A program made the position numbers and the translations under genes. Positions 21,646 through 31,462 of a stretch of 64,000 nucleotides of DNA are shown piece after piece; position 1 is the first letter of the stretch; each line of letters begins with the position of its first letter. The notes under the pieces were generated by a model. It was not told the DNA's origin. It ran no database searches and saw only the letters and a program-made list of their open reading frames with translations. The stretch is taken from NCBI GenBank assembly GCA_963662405.2, contig CAXXKT010000001.1:2016001-2080000 (forward strand). Reading direction: 5' to 3'. The DNA is from Syntrophales bacterium (GTDB taxonomy: Bacteria; Desulfobacterota; Syntrophia; Syntrophales; UBA2210).

Positions 21646-21680
21646 ACCGGTGGCGCGTTTGAAGCGCCACCGGTTTTTTT
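21646..21680 (+). terminator. Rho-independent terminator
   Basis: ACCGGTGGCGC-GTTTGAA-GCGCCACCGGT followed by a T-tract. Confidence 0.85.
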
Positions 21681-21768
21681 CTGGGAATTCGTGAGCATGA
21701 ACGGGGAGAAACGGTTTCACCCATACTCATATCGTGTCTCGGTGTGGATTGGTAACACGTGTGGTAGA

Positions 21769-22674
21769 TTACTTCGCGTGATCGGCGATCGCGTCTATAA
21801 TCTCTTGCCATACCGGGACAAGGAGTCCGTGTCCCATTCCCTCTACGATCTTCAGTGTTGCGCCGGGAACGGCCTTCGCGATATCGATGCCGCACTCCAC
21901 CCGGAGGAGCGGATCGACGCTACCGTGGATAACGAGCGTCGGGACCTCCAGAGATCTGAGCGCCTCTCGTCTGCTCCCCGAGGCATTGATTGCCGCGATC
22001 TGCCTCGCCACGCCCGCTGGATCGATCCCACGCGCGAATGTCTCCCGGGCGTACTTGCGCGCTCTCTCTTCATCAATCGGGAATCCGTTTCTGTTAAGGA
22101 TGCGCCACATCTCCAGAAAACTCGCGATGAATCCTTCTTGATCCGAAGGGGGTGGGGTCGAAAGAATCTTGAGTGCCTCGGGTGTTGGTGGCGGGAGATC
22201 GGGGCTCCCCGTCGTGGATGACATCGATGTGAGGGACCGGATGCGGCCGGGATTCAGGAGGGCCATGGTCTGGCCAATCATTCCGCCCATTGATATTCCT
22301 ACCACGTGGACGGATGCTATCTCAAGGTGGTCGAGAAGACCGAAGGTATCTCCTGCCATGTCGGAGAGGAGGTAGGGAACCTGCACCGGTTTCCCCGCCG
22401 CGAGATCGGCCAGGAGTCGGGCGATACGGGGAACCCTCGCATGGTCGAGGTGGGTCGACAGCCCGATATCCCGGTTGTCAAAGCGTATGACGAAGTATCC
22501 CCGTTGTGCCAGTGCGCTGCAAAACTCCTCGTCCCACATCACCATCTGCCAGCTCAGCCCCTGGATGAGGATGAGTGGAATATCAGAGCGGGCGCCAAAG
22601 GTGTCGTAGATCAGCTCTATGCCGGTGTCGAGACGGGCCGTCGTGGGACCGTTGTGCGGGGGATCCTGTGTCAT
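21769..22674 (-). CDS. Alpha/beta-fold hydrolase (esterase-like)
   Basis: RFDNRDIGLS, GISMGG nucleophile elbow, HGSVDPL, GMGH. Confidence 0.9.
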   Translation of the reverse strand: MTQDPPHNGPTTARLDTGIELIYDTFGARSDIPLILIQGLSWQMVMWDEEFCSALAQRGYFVIRFDNRDIGLSTHLDHARVPRIARLLADLAAGKPVQVPYLLSDMAGDTFGLLDHLEIASVHVVGISMGGMIGQTMALLNPGRIRSLTSMSSTTGSPDLPPPTPEALKILSTPPPSDQEGFIASFLEMWRILNRNGFPIDEERARKYARETFARGIDPAGVARQIAAINASGSRREALRSLEVPTLVIHGSVDPLLRVECGIDIAKAVPGATLKIVEGMGHGLLVPVWQEIIDAIADHAK

Positions 22675-22887
22675 CTGTTTGCTCCTCCATTGATTTCTCT
22701 CTAAGCACTCGTATACGTTCGTGAATGGAAAGTCAAAAAGTTATTGCCCCCGTATCCCGCCTCTGGTTGCGTCGAGATGGCCCCCAGCGATCCCACTGTT
22801 GTATTTTTGGCTTGACCGGGCCGGGAATAAAAGAGACTATGAATATGATTTTGAACAAATCCATCAATCTTGCAGAGGGAGGTGGTT

Positions 22888-23319
22888 ATGTTTGAGAAGA
22901 TACTGTATCCGACCGATTTTTCTGAAGAGGCGAACAAGGCATTGGATTTTGTCGTTTCATTGAAAGATGCCGGCGCGAAGGAAGTGGTGATCCTCCATGT
23001 TATCGAAAAGGGCAGCTTCGATGCCATCGCTCGGTACGCTACAAAAGACATCTTAGAAATTGAAAAAAATCTGACAAAGCGGGCGTTTGATGAGATCAAG
23101 CCGATCGAAGAACGATTGAAAAAAAAGGGGTTCAAGGTCAAGGTCGTTATCAGTAAAGCGGTTCCCTACATGGGGATACTCGAAGTGGAAAAAAAGGAGA
23201 AGACCTCTGTCATCGTGATCGGTTCACACGGTGTGACGAACATCGCGGAGGTTCTGATCGGTTCCGTCTCGGAAAAGGTGGTGAGGCGGGCAAAGGCCCC
23301 TGTCTTGGTCGTCAGGTGA
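22888..23319 (+). CDS. Universal stress protein
   Basis: KILYPTDFSE, IVIGSHG...LIGSVSEKVVRRAKAPVLVVR. Confidence 0.93.
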   Translation: MFEKILYPTDFSEEANKALDFVVSLKDAGAKEVVILHVIEKGSFDAIARYATKDILEIEKNLTKRAFDEIKPIEERLKKKGFKVKVVISKAVPYMGILEVEKKEKTSVIVIGSHGVTNIAEVLIGSVSEKVVRRAKAPVLVVR

Positions 23320-23334
23320 GGGCTCAACCAAATC

Positions 23335-23369
23335 CGGTGGGGGCTTGTGAGCACCCGCCGTTTCTTTTT
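23335..23369 (+). terminator. Probable rho-independent terminator
   Basis: CGGTGGGGGCT-TGTG-AGCACCCGCCG followed by TTTCTTTTT. Confidence 0.6.
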
Positions 23370-23436
23370 CCGGCAAAAGGTGTTTTACCCTGCTGTGCGA
23401 TCCGTGCCGTTCTTTGTCAGAGCGGTTTGACCGGAA

Positions 23437-23943
23437 TTAGATCTTCCGGCTGTCATACGCCCAGTTCAGGAGCGCCTGTCGTTGCCGCGGCCGACAGCTC
23501 AGGTCTCCCTTTCCGCAGTGTCTCTCGATCTGAGCGATATGCCGCGTCATCGCTTGCCATCGTTTGATCTGTCGTTCGTCATCGGGGCATCTCCTCCCCG
23601 TATAGTACCGGCAGTACCACTGGAACCACCCCCGGGGGTCTTCATGGTAGATCCAGTCTTTCTCCCGCCAGACGGATAAGGGTTGCGAGGCATTAACGCC
23701 GAAGTAATTCAGCGCCGGGTCGTGCCGTTCGTGGCAGAGTTTCGCGCGCGTGAACCATTCTGCGGGGAACTCGCCCCGGCAATCGGTCATGTACCTGCCG
23801 CCGAAGACCCCCATCTCCAGCATCTGTGGGGGTGTCAGCGCCGGTGTAAATCCCGCATGAAAGTTCGCCCCGACAGGCTCGGTACGGTAATAGACGTATC
23901 CCTTTTGCATCAGGTCGTTGACGATTACCTTGTGCCGTTTCAC
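23437..23943 (-). CDS. Conserved hypothetical protein
   Basis: FTPALTP..ML..GVFGG.Y, DPRGWFQWYCRYY.GRR..DD.RQI.RW, RQRQALL.WAYD motifs; family recognised, function unknown. Confidence 0.75.
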   Translation of the reverse strand: MKRHKVIVNDLMQKGYVYYRTEPVGANFHAGFTPALTPPQMLEMGVFGGRYMTDCRGEFPAEWFTRAKLCHERHDPALNYFGVNASQPLSVWREKDWIYHEDPRGWFQWYCRYYTGRRCPDDERQIKRWQAMTRHIAQIERHCGKGDLSCRPRQRQALLNWAYDSRKI

Positions 23944-24282
23944 CAGAGTCTTCCCCCGACAGGGATACAGGAACGGGTATTATTCGCGTCGTCACTATGA
24001 ATATGCGATGTAACGATATGACACTACTTTGTTCTCATCGTAACACAGGAAAGAAGGAAAGGAAAGTATGCGACAGAAGGGGCCGGAAGTGTTCATGTTG
24101 CCCGGATAACAGTTATTCTTGACGCGACGGCTTGAACTCTGTTAGGTCAGATGGTCAGAAAGACGTGTGGGAATGGCGGATATATGCCGGTAATACGAAG
24201 CGCCGCGACGGCCTGATGGTTTCCGGATGCCGGCACTCGGAAAGGGCATGCAGGCGCTAGACAGTAAGGTGCGGATGAAAAC

Positions 24283-24744
24283 ATGGACCGCGCACACTAT
24301 TCATATCTGATGCTGACCGTTGTATTTTTGTTGAGCATGACTTCAGTTTCATGTGGGGCCGGAGAAAGATCTCCGTCGAACCGAATCGTCGGCGGCCCGT
24401 GCGAGTATCGGGAATACACGGGGAAGGCGACCGTCGTTTCCGTTCGACCGAGAGAACTGCGGGATCGAGATCCCCGCCCGAATTACGAGCAGTATGAAGT
24501 CAGGTTTATCTTCCATCCTGACGAGACGATCCGGGAACGCCACGGTCAGGTCGAAGGACGGGAATTTCTGCTTCTCCAGCGAAACTCCCGGTATCCGGGT
24601 CCGGCGTTTCTCCGGAAATACGGTATAGAGGAAGGGACGGTACTCGATGGCTCTGTGAAGGTCATCACGAAGGGGACCTGCACGCCTGTCCTCTTTGATT
24701 TTCCCCTGATCAACCTCGATGGTCATTCTGGAAACGAGGATTAG
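24283..24744 (+). CDS. Hypothetical exported protein, possible lipoprotein
   Basis: Hydrophobic N-terminus ending SVSC; GGPCEY and KGTCTP Cys pair. Confidence 0.7.
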   Translation: MDRAHYSYLMLTVVFLLSMTSVSCGAGERSPSNRIVGGPCEYREYTGKATVVSVRPRELRDRDPRPNYEQYEVRFIFHPDETIRERHGQVEGREFLLLQRNSRYPGPAFLRKYGIEEGTVLDGSVKVITKGTCTPVLFDFPLINLDGHSGNED

Positions 24745-24799
24745 CTGCCCCTTGAATGAAATTTCACGCATAATACCGGATCCAAGGGTGGAGAATATA

Positions 24800-26482
24800 A
24801 TGAAAAACAAATATTTTAGTAGGATTTTCCCCGTTCTTTTACTTGTCGTTCTGTTTCTGGCGCCGGTGTGGGTCGGGGCAGAGGACGGCGGGGCGGACTC
24901 AACCGGTTTGGGAGATTTTTCCAGTACCTATCCCATCATGCGCCCGGACCGCGAGACACTGAGGGAGTGGATACGAGCCTATGAACGGGCCCCCCAATTC
25001 TCCATCAAACGATTCGGGATATCCCGCCCGCTTCAGGGCTCCCAGAACCTCATCGATTACCTGCAATACACCCCTGAGGAGCGGGATCAGGGGTCCTGTG
25101 GTAACTGCTGGGCCTGGGCCGGCACCGGTGTGATGGAGATCGATTTGTCCGTCAACGAGGGGATCCGTGACCGGCTTTCCGTTCAGTACCTCAACTCCTG
25201 CAAATCCACCGGGAATTACGCCTGCTGCGGGGGCAACATGTCACGCTTCAAGGGTTTTTATCGAAACAATCCCCGGGCCGTTCCCTGGTCCAATACAAAC
25301 GGGAGCTACGCGGACGCCACCCAGCGGTGCGGTGACGGCGCATCGTCTGTCTCCTGCGGTGATATTCCGACCGAGCCCGGGTACCCCATAGAGTCCATAT
25401 CGGTCATGTCGATCGAAACGATGGGGGTTTCCCGGGAAGCGGCCATCGACAATATCAAGGCCGTACTCGATGCAAACAAGGCCGTATCCTTTGCATTTTA
25501 CCTTGCCGACGATGCTGATTGGTATGACTTTTTTGATTTCTGGAGAAACGAGGGGGAAAGTGCCCTGTGGGATCCGAACCCGTACTGCGGGCATACCTGG
25601 CTTGACGAAGAGGGGGGCGGACACGCGGTCCTCTGTGTGGGATACAATGACGAGGACCCGGATCCGGCGAATCACTATTGGATCATCCTCAACAGCTGGG
25701 GCGCAAACGACGGGAGACCGAACGGCCTCTTCCGTATGAAGATGGATATCGATTACAGCTGCTGGCTTGACGATACCGTATCTGGTCCCTTCTATGCCCT
25801 GTACTGGGAGACACTGAACATTGAGTGGGGTGAGGGAGAAGAGGGGACACCCTGCGATATTACCTATCGATACACCGATGCAATGCCATACGCCTTTGAC
25901 GACATCAGCACAACCGGTACCCCCCTGGGCCTCGGCGATGAGGGATATGCGTATTTCTCTATTCCATTTACTTTCCGTTTTTACTGTGAGGACTATACCG
26001 CTGTGGCGGTGGGTTCAAACGGTCTGATCTATTTTATCGACGACGCCTCGGGGTATAAGAATGTCTGCATTCCCGGGGCGAATGAAGACGGTATCCCCGC
26101 CTTCATCGCTCCCCTCTGGGATGACCTGAATCCGGGACGGGCGGGAGAGATCTATATCCAGGTAAAGGGGAATGCTCCCAACAGAAAACTCGTCGTCCAA
26201 TGGGAAGGAGTGCCGCATTACAGTGGTGATGGTACGGTGACCTTTCAGGCGATCCTGTGTGAAAGGAACGGCGCGATACTTTTCCAGTATCAAGACGTCG
26301 ATTTCGGAGATGCATCGTATGATGACGGTGCCTCGGCTACCGTCGGCATCCAGCTGGACCCCTCCACGGGGACCGGCTATTCTTGCGATCGGGCCGCCCT
26401 GAGTGACAAACATGCCATCCTGTTTGCACCCGTTAATCAGACAGGCTCCGGGGACACGGGACCGGTTCGGACGCGATGGTAA
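24800..26482 (+). CDS. Secreted papain-like C1A cysteine peptidase with a C-terminal beta domain (NIDO-like)
   Basis: QGSCGNCWAW, GHAVLCVGY, WIILNSWG catalytic motifs; signal peptide; IAPLWDDL...TFQAIL C-terminal domain. Confidence 0.88.
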   Translation: MKNKYFSRIFPVLLLVVLFLAPVWVGAEDGGADSTGLGDFSSTYPIMRPDRETLREWIRAYERAPQFSIKRFGISRPLQGSQNLIDYLQYTPEERDQGSCGNCWAWAGTGVMEIDLSVNEGIRDRLSVQYLNSCKSTGNYACCGGNMSRFKGFYRNNPRAVPWSNTNGSYADATQRCGDGASSVSCGDIPTEPGYPIESISVMSIETMGVSREAAIDNIKAVLDANKAVSFAFYLADDADWYDFFDFWRNEGESALWDPNPYCGHTWLDEEGGGHAVLCVGYNDEDPDPANHYWIILNSWGANDGRPNGLFRMKMDIDYSCWLDDTVSGPFYALYWETLNIEWGEGEEGTPCDITYRYTDAMPYAFDDISTTGTPLGLGDEGYAYFSIPFTFRFYCEDYTAVAVGSNGLIYFIDDASGYKNVCIPGANEDGIPAFIAPLWDDLNPGRAGEIYIQVKGNAPNRKLVVQWEGVPHYSGDGTVTFQAILCERNGAILFQYQDVDFGDASYDDGASATVGIQLDPSTGTGYSCDRAALSDKHAILFAPVNQTGSGDTGPVRTRW

Positions 26483-26676
26483 CGTTGCTGAGGTGGGATC
26501 ATGCAACAAAATCTTTTTCTGAGTTTTTCGAGAGATGTTGCCCCCGGTTATGCGCGGCGCCCATGAGAAGAAGGGGCATACCGGGGACCCGGGGTATGGG
26601 AGGGGGGATCGGGGAGTGCCGGTGTTTTTGTAAGATTCCGACGTGTGTGCCTCATAAGCCAGTCCAAAAATAAGGC

Positions 26677-26704
26677 AAGGGCTGAGGGATTTCCCTCAGC
26701 CCTT
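26677..26704. terminator. Terminator hairpin at the 3' end of tRNA-Glu
   Basis: AAGGGCTGAGGGA-TT-TCCCTCAGCCCTT. Confidence 0.8.
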
Positions 26705-26713
26705 TTGATTTAC

Positions 26714-26789
26714 TGGCGTCCCCACGGGGAGTCGAACCCCGGCTGCCGGCGTGAAAAGCCGGTGTCCTAGGCCACTAGACGATGGGGAC
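26714..26789 (-). tRNA. tRNA-Glu (TTC)
   Basis: GTCCCCATCGTCTAGTGGCCTAGGACACCGGCTTTTCACGCCGGCAGCCGGGGTTCGACTCCCCGTGGGGACGCCA; 76 nt, TTC anticodon, GTTCGA T-loop, encoded CCA. Confidence 0.97.
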
Positions 26790-26826
26790 GTGTTATCTGT
26801 ATGATTCCACGTGAAATGAATTGCCG

Positions 26827-26855
26827 TTTATAATCTTTATCCCTCGTTATGTCAA
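26827..26855 (-). promoter_or_regulatory. Sigma70 promoter of tRNA-Glu
   Basis: TTGACA-17 bp-TATAAA on the minus strand. Confidence 0.8.
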
Positions 26856-26868
26856 ACACAAATTATAT

Positions 26869-27738
26869 TGTTGTCAGGAGCACGTAATATGTCCGGATTT
26901 GTAGCACGTAACCTGTCCGGTTTACAATAGCCACCCCGAGGAGGTGGTTATGAGACGGACAGAGATGCTACAGGAGGTCCGGAGGATGCGGTTTGAAGAG
27001 GCGTATGGTGTATGGACGGAGAGACGATTAACCCAAGCATTCTACACTGATCGTGGGAGTCATTACTGGTACACGCCTGAGACAGGGGGAAGAGTAAGCA
27101 AAGGTCAACTCACCCAGTTTGGGCGTGCCATGAAGTATTTAGGGATAGAGATGATTGCCGCCTATTCTCCGCAAGCACGGGGAAGGAGTGAGCGGGCCTT
27201 CAGTACGCATCAAGGTCGCCTTCCCAAAGAACTGGCCCTATATGGAATCACCACAATGGACGCTGCCAATCGGTATCTGGCCGAGGTCTATCGCCCAGCG
27301 TATAACGCCGAGTTCATGCAGCCTGCCGCAGAATAAGGTAGTGCCTTTGTACCATGGGTTGGAGCGAACCTTGACGACATTTTATGCGAGCAGCATCAGA
27401 GAACCGTGACTGCCGATAACTGCTTAAGTTTTGAGGGAAAGACACTGCAAATCCCGGCCAACCGGCATAGATGCCATTACGTCAGGGTTAGGGTGCGTGT
27501 TCATCGGTACATGGACGGCTCGCTGGCCGTTTTCCATGGCCCGAGAAAGCTGGCTGATTATGATGCACAGGGGAAATTGAAAGAAAATAAGAATGGAAAG
27601 GAAAAGGCAGCGTAAGTCTGCCGCTCGCCACTTTCTCAGAAAAGCAGATCCAGGCCATACCTTCCGCTGCTTTTCTGAGAGGTAAAAAGCGGACAACTCA
27701 TTTGCTACAAAACCGGACAGTTCTATTTGTTGACAACA
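26869..27738 (+). mobile_element. Internally deleted ISNCY/IS1202-like insertion sequence with both ends retained
   Basis: Both ends start TGTTGTCA and contain two TGTCCG repeats separated by TTTGTAGCA; no target duplication visible. Confidence 0.8.
26950..27615 (+). pseudogene. ISNCY-type transposase relic
   Basis: N-terminal MRRTEMLQEVRRMRFEEAY...RLTQ is fused directly to the core AFYTDRGSHY...PQARGRSER (large in-frame deletion); in-frame TAA at 27334-27336. Confidence 0.85.
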
Positions 27739-27925
27739 CAGGGATTCAATGCGACTAAACCATTGTGCCCCAGAACTTCTATGCTCAAAAGAACTATCCG
27801 GAAAAACTACGGAGAATCAGGTATCTCGATGTGAACACCAACAAAAGACTGGTCTTTCTCATCAACAATTTTACGCTTCCGGCAAAAACTATCGCAGAGC
27901 ATCTACCGCTGCCGCTGGCCGGTGG
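27739..27925 (+). pseudogene. IS4-family transposase relic, part 5' of the intron
   Basis: GIQCD*TI...YPEKLRRIRY...LVFLINNFTLPAKTIAE..YRCRW, homologous to the IS4 at 5026-6207; has a stop and a frameshift; begins at the ISNCY right end. Confidence 0.85.
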
Positions 27926-29514
27926 GCGTGTCCAGACAAGGACGCATAATCCAGTCGGTGAAAGTCCGACCGAGGCTAAAAGACTCAGGGCCTCGTAGCT
28001 TGGAAGGTGCCGTGGCGCGAAAGCAAGACGGTAAAGCCCTTCGACAACATTCTTTGAAAGGAGGATGCGCAACGTACCAGGTTGTAACGTGCAGTGAACG
28101 TAGACGTAGCCTCGTTACACGCATTCCGGTGGCCGAGATGGTCGATGACGTGCGAAGGCAGCAAGAGATGGCGGTGATGAGTCGTATACGCTATTTCTCA
28201 CCGGCGGGGTATCAGCGGCGACATGGTATGAAGGATTATGCGGAAACTGGAGAAGCCTTCGACGCCCGTCGGAGAAACCTCGACGAGGAGTTCCGGCCTA
28301 TAACCTTGAGTGGGAAGTGGCGGGAAAGGCGTCAGGGTGGCGGATCGGGTCGTAGTACTTTTGATCTGTGTGCAGCAAAACGCACAGGGAGGGAAGGCCC
28401 CGGACCGGTAGACATTCCGTTTCGGCAAAGCGAGGCACGGGTGAGATGACAAAGACGCCCATCAGTGTGCAGGAGCTGCGCCGGCGGATTTATCGAAAGG
28501 CGAAGTCTGAGAAAGATCATCGCTTCTGGGGGATCTTCGTGCATGTGACGAAGATCGAAGTGCTTGCAGAGGCATACCGGCTGGCAAAGAGGAATGGCGG
28601 CGCTCCGGGTATCGACGGACAAAGCTTCGAAGACATCGATGCGGCGGGCGTGGAAACATTCCTCCAGACGATACGGAATGACCTCATTGCAGGCGACTAC
28701 AAGCCGCAAAGGAATCGTTTTGTGGAGATACCAAAGGGAAACGGCAAGACCCGCACGCTTCAGATACCGTGCATCAGGGATCGCGTGGTACAAGGTGCAC
28801 TGAAATGGGTGCTCGAAGCGATCTTCGAGGCGGATTTCTGCCCGAACTCCTATGGGTTTCGACCGAAACGATCGCCGCACCGTGCCCTTGCGGAAGTCCG
28901 GAGGAGCATTCTTCGGCGGATGAACATGGTGATTGATGTTGATCTATCCAAGTACTTCGACACGATCAGGCATGACGTTCTGTTGGAGAAAATAGCGCGG
29001 CGGGTCCAAGACCCGCAGGTGCTGCACCTTGTGAAGTTGATATTGAAAACAACGGGGAAAATCGGCGTTCCGCAAGGAGGGCCGTTCAGTCCCCTGGCTG
29101 CCAATATCTACCTGAGCGAGGTTGACTGGTACTTCGACGGCATACGGCGCAAGACGGCGGAAGGGGAGTTCGAGGCGGTAAACTATCATCGGTTTGCTGA
29201 TGATATCGTAATCACCGTAAGCGGCCACCATACCAAGCGAAGCTGGGCGCAAAGAGCCCTGCAACGACTCTGTGAACAGATCGAGCCCTTGGGCGTCAGT
29301 CTGAACATGGAGAAAACGAAGGTGGTAAACATGCTTGACGGCGGCGCCTTTGGATTCCTCGGGTTTGACCTCCGGCGGATATTGAACCGTGAAAGGAACC
29401 GGCATTACATTTCGGAATGTCCCAGAATAAGGTAGTGTAATTATGATTAAATGAGATTGTTTCTTGAATATTAGTATAGTATAACTCATCTCACATAAAA
29501 TAGGGGGGTGAGTT

Positions 29515-29934
29515 ATGATAAAAGGGATTTCAAATATATCAGTAATAGCTTCTTTCATCTTATATGTAATTGTGACGTTAATTGATCGGTGGGAAGCGGT
29601 TACTAAAATAGTGGGGTCAACTATGCTTACAAATATATCGTATGTATTGCTTATAATCGCAGCCATATCTGCTGGGGTTCTGTATTATTTATCAAACAGC
29701 AAGTCGCAAAAGAAACAAAAAGTGCGGCTTATTCAAGACCCAGCATCGGAGAAGTGCTATCTGGTCAGGGGTAAGACAATCTCCCATATCCCAGATCCAG
29801 AAACATTCAGGTATCTTGGAAGTTATTTTGGGTTTTCTTGGGCTAATGTTGAGACAGTTTTACAAGATGAAATTAATCGTAAATTTACAATTAGTACACC
29901 ACTGCCAAGTATTCTGAAACATATTCAAAGGTAA
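29515..29934 (+). CDS. IS1595 passenger: two-TM membrane protein with a small C-terminal domain
   Basis: Two hydrophobic segments, then KVRLIQDPASEKCYLVRGKTISHIPDPETF..LG..W; GGGGGGTG RBS; AT-rich. Confidence 0.75.
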   Translation: MIKGISNISVIASFILYVIVTLIDRWEAVTKIVGSTMLTNISYVLLIIAAISAGVLYYLSNSKSQKKQKVRLIQDPASEKCYLVRGKTISHIPDPETFRYLGSYFGFSWANVETVLQDEINRKFTISTPLPSILKHIQR

Positions 29935-29983
29935 TATTGATGCTTTTTAATCTTTGACTTTTTTTGTGGCGAGGTGTTATTGG

Positions 29984-29998
29984 TGGGTGCAACGGTAT
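29984..29998. repeat. Left arm of a perfect 15-bp inverted repeat (partner 31463-31477)
   Basis: TGGGTGCAACGGTAT; the partner ATACCGTTGCACCCA is its exact reverse complement. Confidence 0.9.
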
Positions 29999-30009
29999 GG
30001 TGTCACCGT

Positions 30010-30120
30010 TTAGTTGGGCGTTGAGCGTTTGTGCCGCTTAACCCTAACTGGACGACCGTTCACAATCCGCGTGTACGGTCTAACGGGAACAACCTTCTTG
30101 TCCTCTTTGGTTTTAGCCAA
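30010..30120 (-). CDS. Unannotated 36-aa basic peptide MAKTKEDKKVVPVRPYTRIVNGRPVRVKRHKRSTPN
   Basis: TTG start preceded by a near-perfect AAGGAGGTGA Shine-Dalgarno; below the ORF-track length cutoff. Confidence 0.6.
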   Translation of the reverse strand: MAKTKEDKKVVPVRPYTRIVNGRPVRVKRHKRSTPN

Positions 30121-30216
30121 TCAGACTCACCTCCTTCCCGGCGTAGGAAGAGGTGGTCCGGTTTCTTTGGACAGGTAACAGGGATTTATAAGTGGGAAGT
30201 TGCCCTGGGTTTGTGT

Positions 30217-31047
30217 TCATGCCGCAGCCTGTCCCTGTGGTAGTGATTCAAAATAAACCATAGCCGGTGTCTTTCTGTCAAAAGTATTGTGCCACCGTTT
30301 CTCGTTGTAGAACTGAAAATAGTCGGTAAGCCCCTTCTTCAACTCTTTCATTGAACCGTATGCCTTCAGATAGATATCTTCGTACTTGACGCTCTTCCAG
30401 AGCCGTTCGATGAAGACATTGTCCATCCATCGCCCCTGACCGTCCATGCTGATAGAGATATCATGAGAGCGAAGGACATCGATGAATGCCTGTGAGGTAA
30501 ACTGACTGCCCTGATCGGTATTGAAGATAGCCGGGCGCCCATACGTGGTGAGTGCTTCTTCAAGCGCATCCACACAAAACGCACTGTCCAACGTATTCGA
30601 CAACCGCCAGGAGAGGACCATCCGACTCGCCCAGTCCATAACGGCTACCAGATAACAGAACCCTCGTTCCATGGGAATATACGTGATATCGGCAGACCAT
30701 ACGTGGTTGGGACGGATGATATCAAGTCCCCGTAACAGATACGGATATATCGGGTGCTGGGGATGCTTTATCGATAATCTCGGCTTGATGTACAACGCCT
30801 CGATCCCCATGCGACGCATCAACCGACGTACCTTATCACGTCCGATATCATACCCTCTCTGCCACAGCTCATTGCGAATCTTCCGACTCCCATAGAAGGG
30901 ATACTGAAGATGAATCTCATCAATCTGACGCATCAGCTCCAGATCCTTCGCGCTGACCGGAACCGGAGAGTAATAAACACTCGATCGGGACAGCTCCAAG
31001 AGTTCGCATTGACGGGTTATGGGCACACTCTTTTCTCTCTTGATCAT
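30217..31047 (-). CDS. IS3-family transposase OrfB (integrase core)
   Basis: WSADITYI, FNTDQGSQF, DNVFIERLWKSVKYE DDE motifs. Confidence 0.92.
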   Translation of the reverse strand: MIKREKSVPITRQCELLELSRSSVYYSPVPVSAKDLELMRQIDEIHLQYPFYGSRKIRNELWQRGYDIGRDKVRRLMRRMGIEALYIKPRLSIKHPQHPIYPYLLRGLDIIRPNHVWSADITYIPMERGFCYLVAVMDWASRMVLSWRLSNTLDSAFCVDALEEALTTYGRPAIFNTDQGSQFTSQAFIDVLRSHDISISMDGQGRWMDNVFIERLWKSVKYEDIYLKAYGSMKELKKGLTDYFQFYNEKRWHNTFDRKTPAMVYFESLPQGQAAA

Positions 31048-31346
31048 CGCTTTGCGCTCGTTCCGTTGATGCGACCGAGCGCATGTGATAAAAAATCATT
31101 CTCCATCGATAACTGTCCGATCTTGGCGTGAAGTTCTTTTACACCCGGACCCTGGTTGTCCTTATGACCCTTGCCAAATACGTCCGATGCGTGATCCATC
31201 AACTGCTTCTTCCATGTGGTGATCTGGTTCGGGTGTACCTGATACCGCTCGGCAAGCTCAACGATCGTCTGGTCCCCTTTCAGTGCCTCCAATGCCACCT
31301 TCGCCTTGAAGGACGGTGCATGGTTCCTCCGCGGTCTCTTGCTCAT
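31044..31346 (-). CDS. IS3-family transposase OrfA (HTH)
   Basis: FKAKVALEA...ELAERYQVHPNQITTWKKQ; slippery T TTT TTA at 31089-31095, whose -1 frame is open into OrfB. Confidence 0.9.
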   Translation of the reverse strand: MSKRPRRNHAPSFKAKVALEALKGDQTIVELAERYQVHPNQITTWKKQLMDHASDVFGKGHKDNQGPGVKELHAKIGQLSMENDFLSHALGRINGTSAKR

Positions 31347-31462
31347 ATCTCTTTCCTCCTTACGTCCACTATAGAGCAACTTTCCCACTTATGCACCTGT
31401 CCAAATTTGCCCGACCAGCTCTGGAACCGCCTTGCCCTTTGCGGTATACGTCAAGTTAAAGG

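Larger units (their letters stand above)
30149..31422 (-). mobile_element. IS3-family insertion sequence nested in the IS1595 cargo (1274 bp)
   Basis: IRs AGAG(G/C)TGGTC(C/G)GG...TTTGGACAGGT...ATAAGTGGGAA; 3-bp TSD GGA at 30146-30148 and 31423-31425. Confidence 0.9.

Noticed and set aside
28198..28203. TCACCG as EBS1 of the first intron (complementary to exon CGGTGG with one G-U)
   Set aside because: It appears to pair with GGTGA upstream as a stem rather than lie in a loop; it cannot be assigned without structure modelling.
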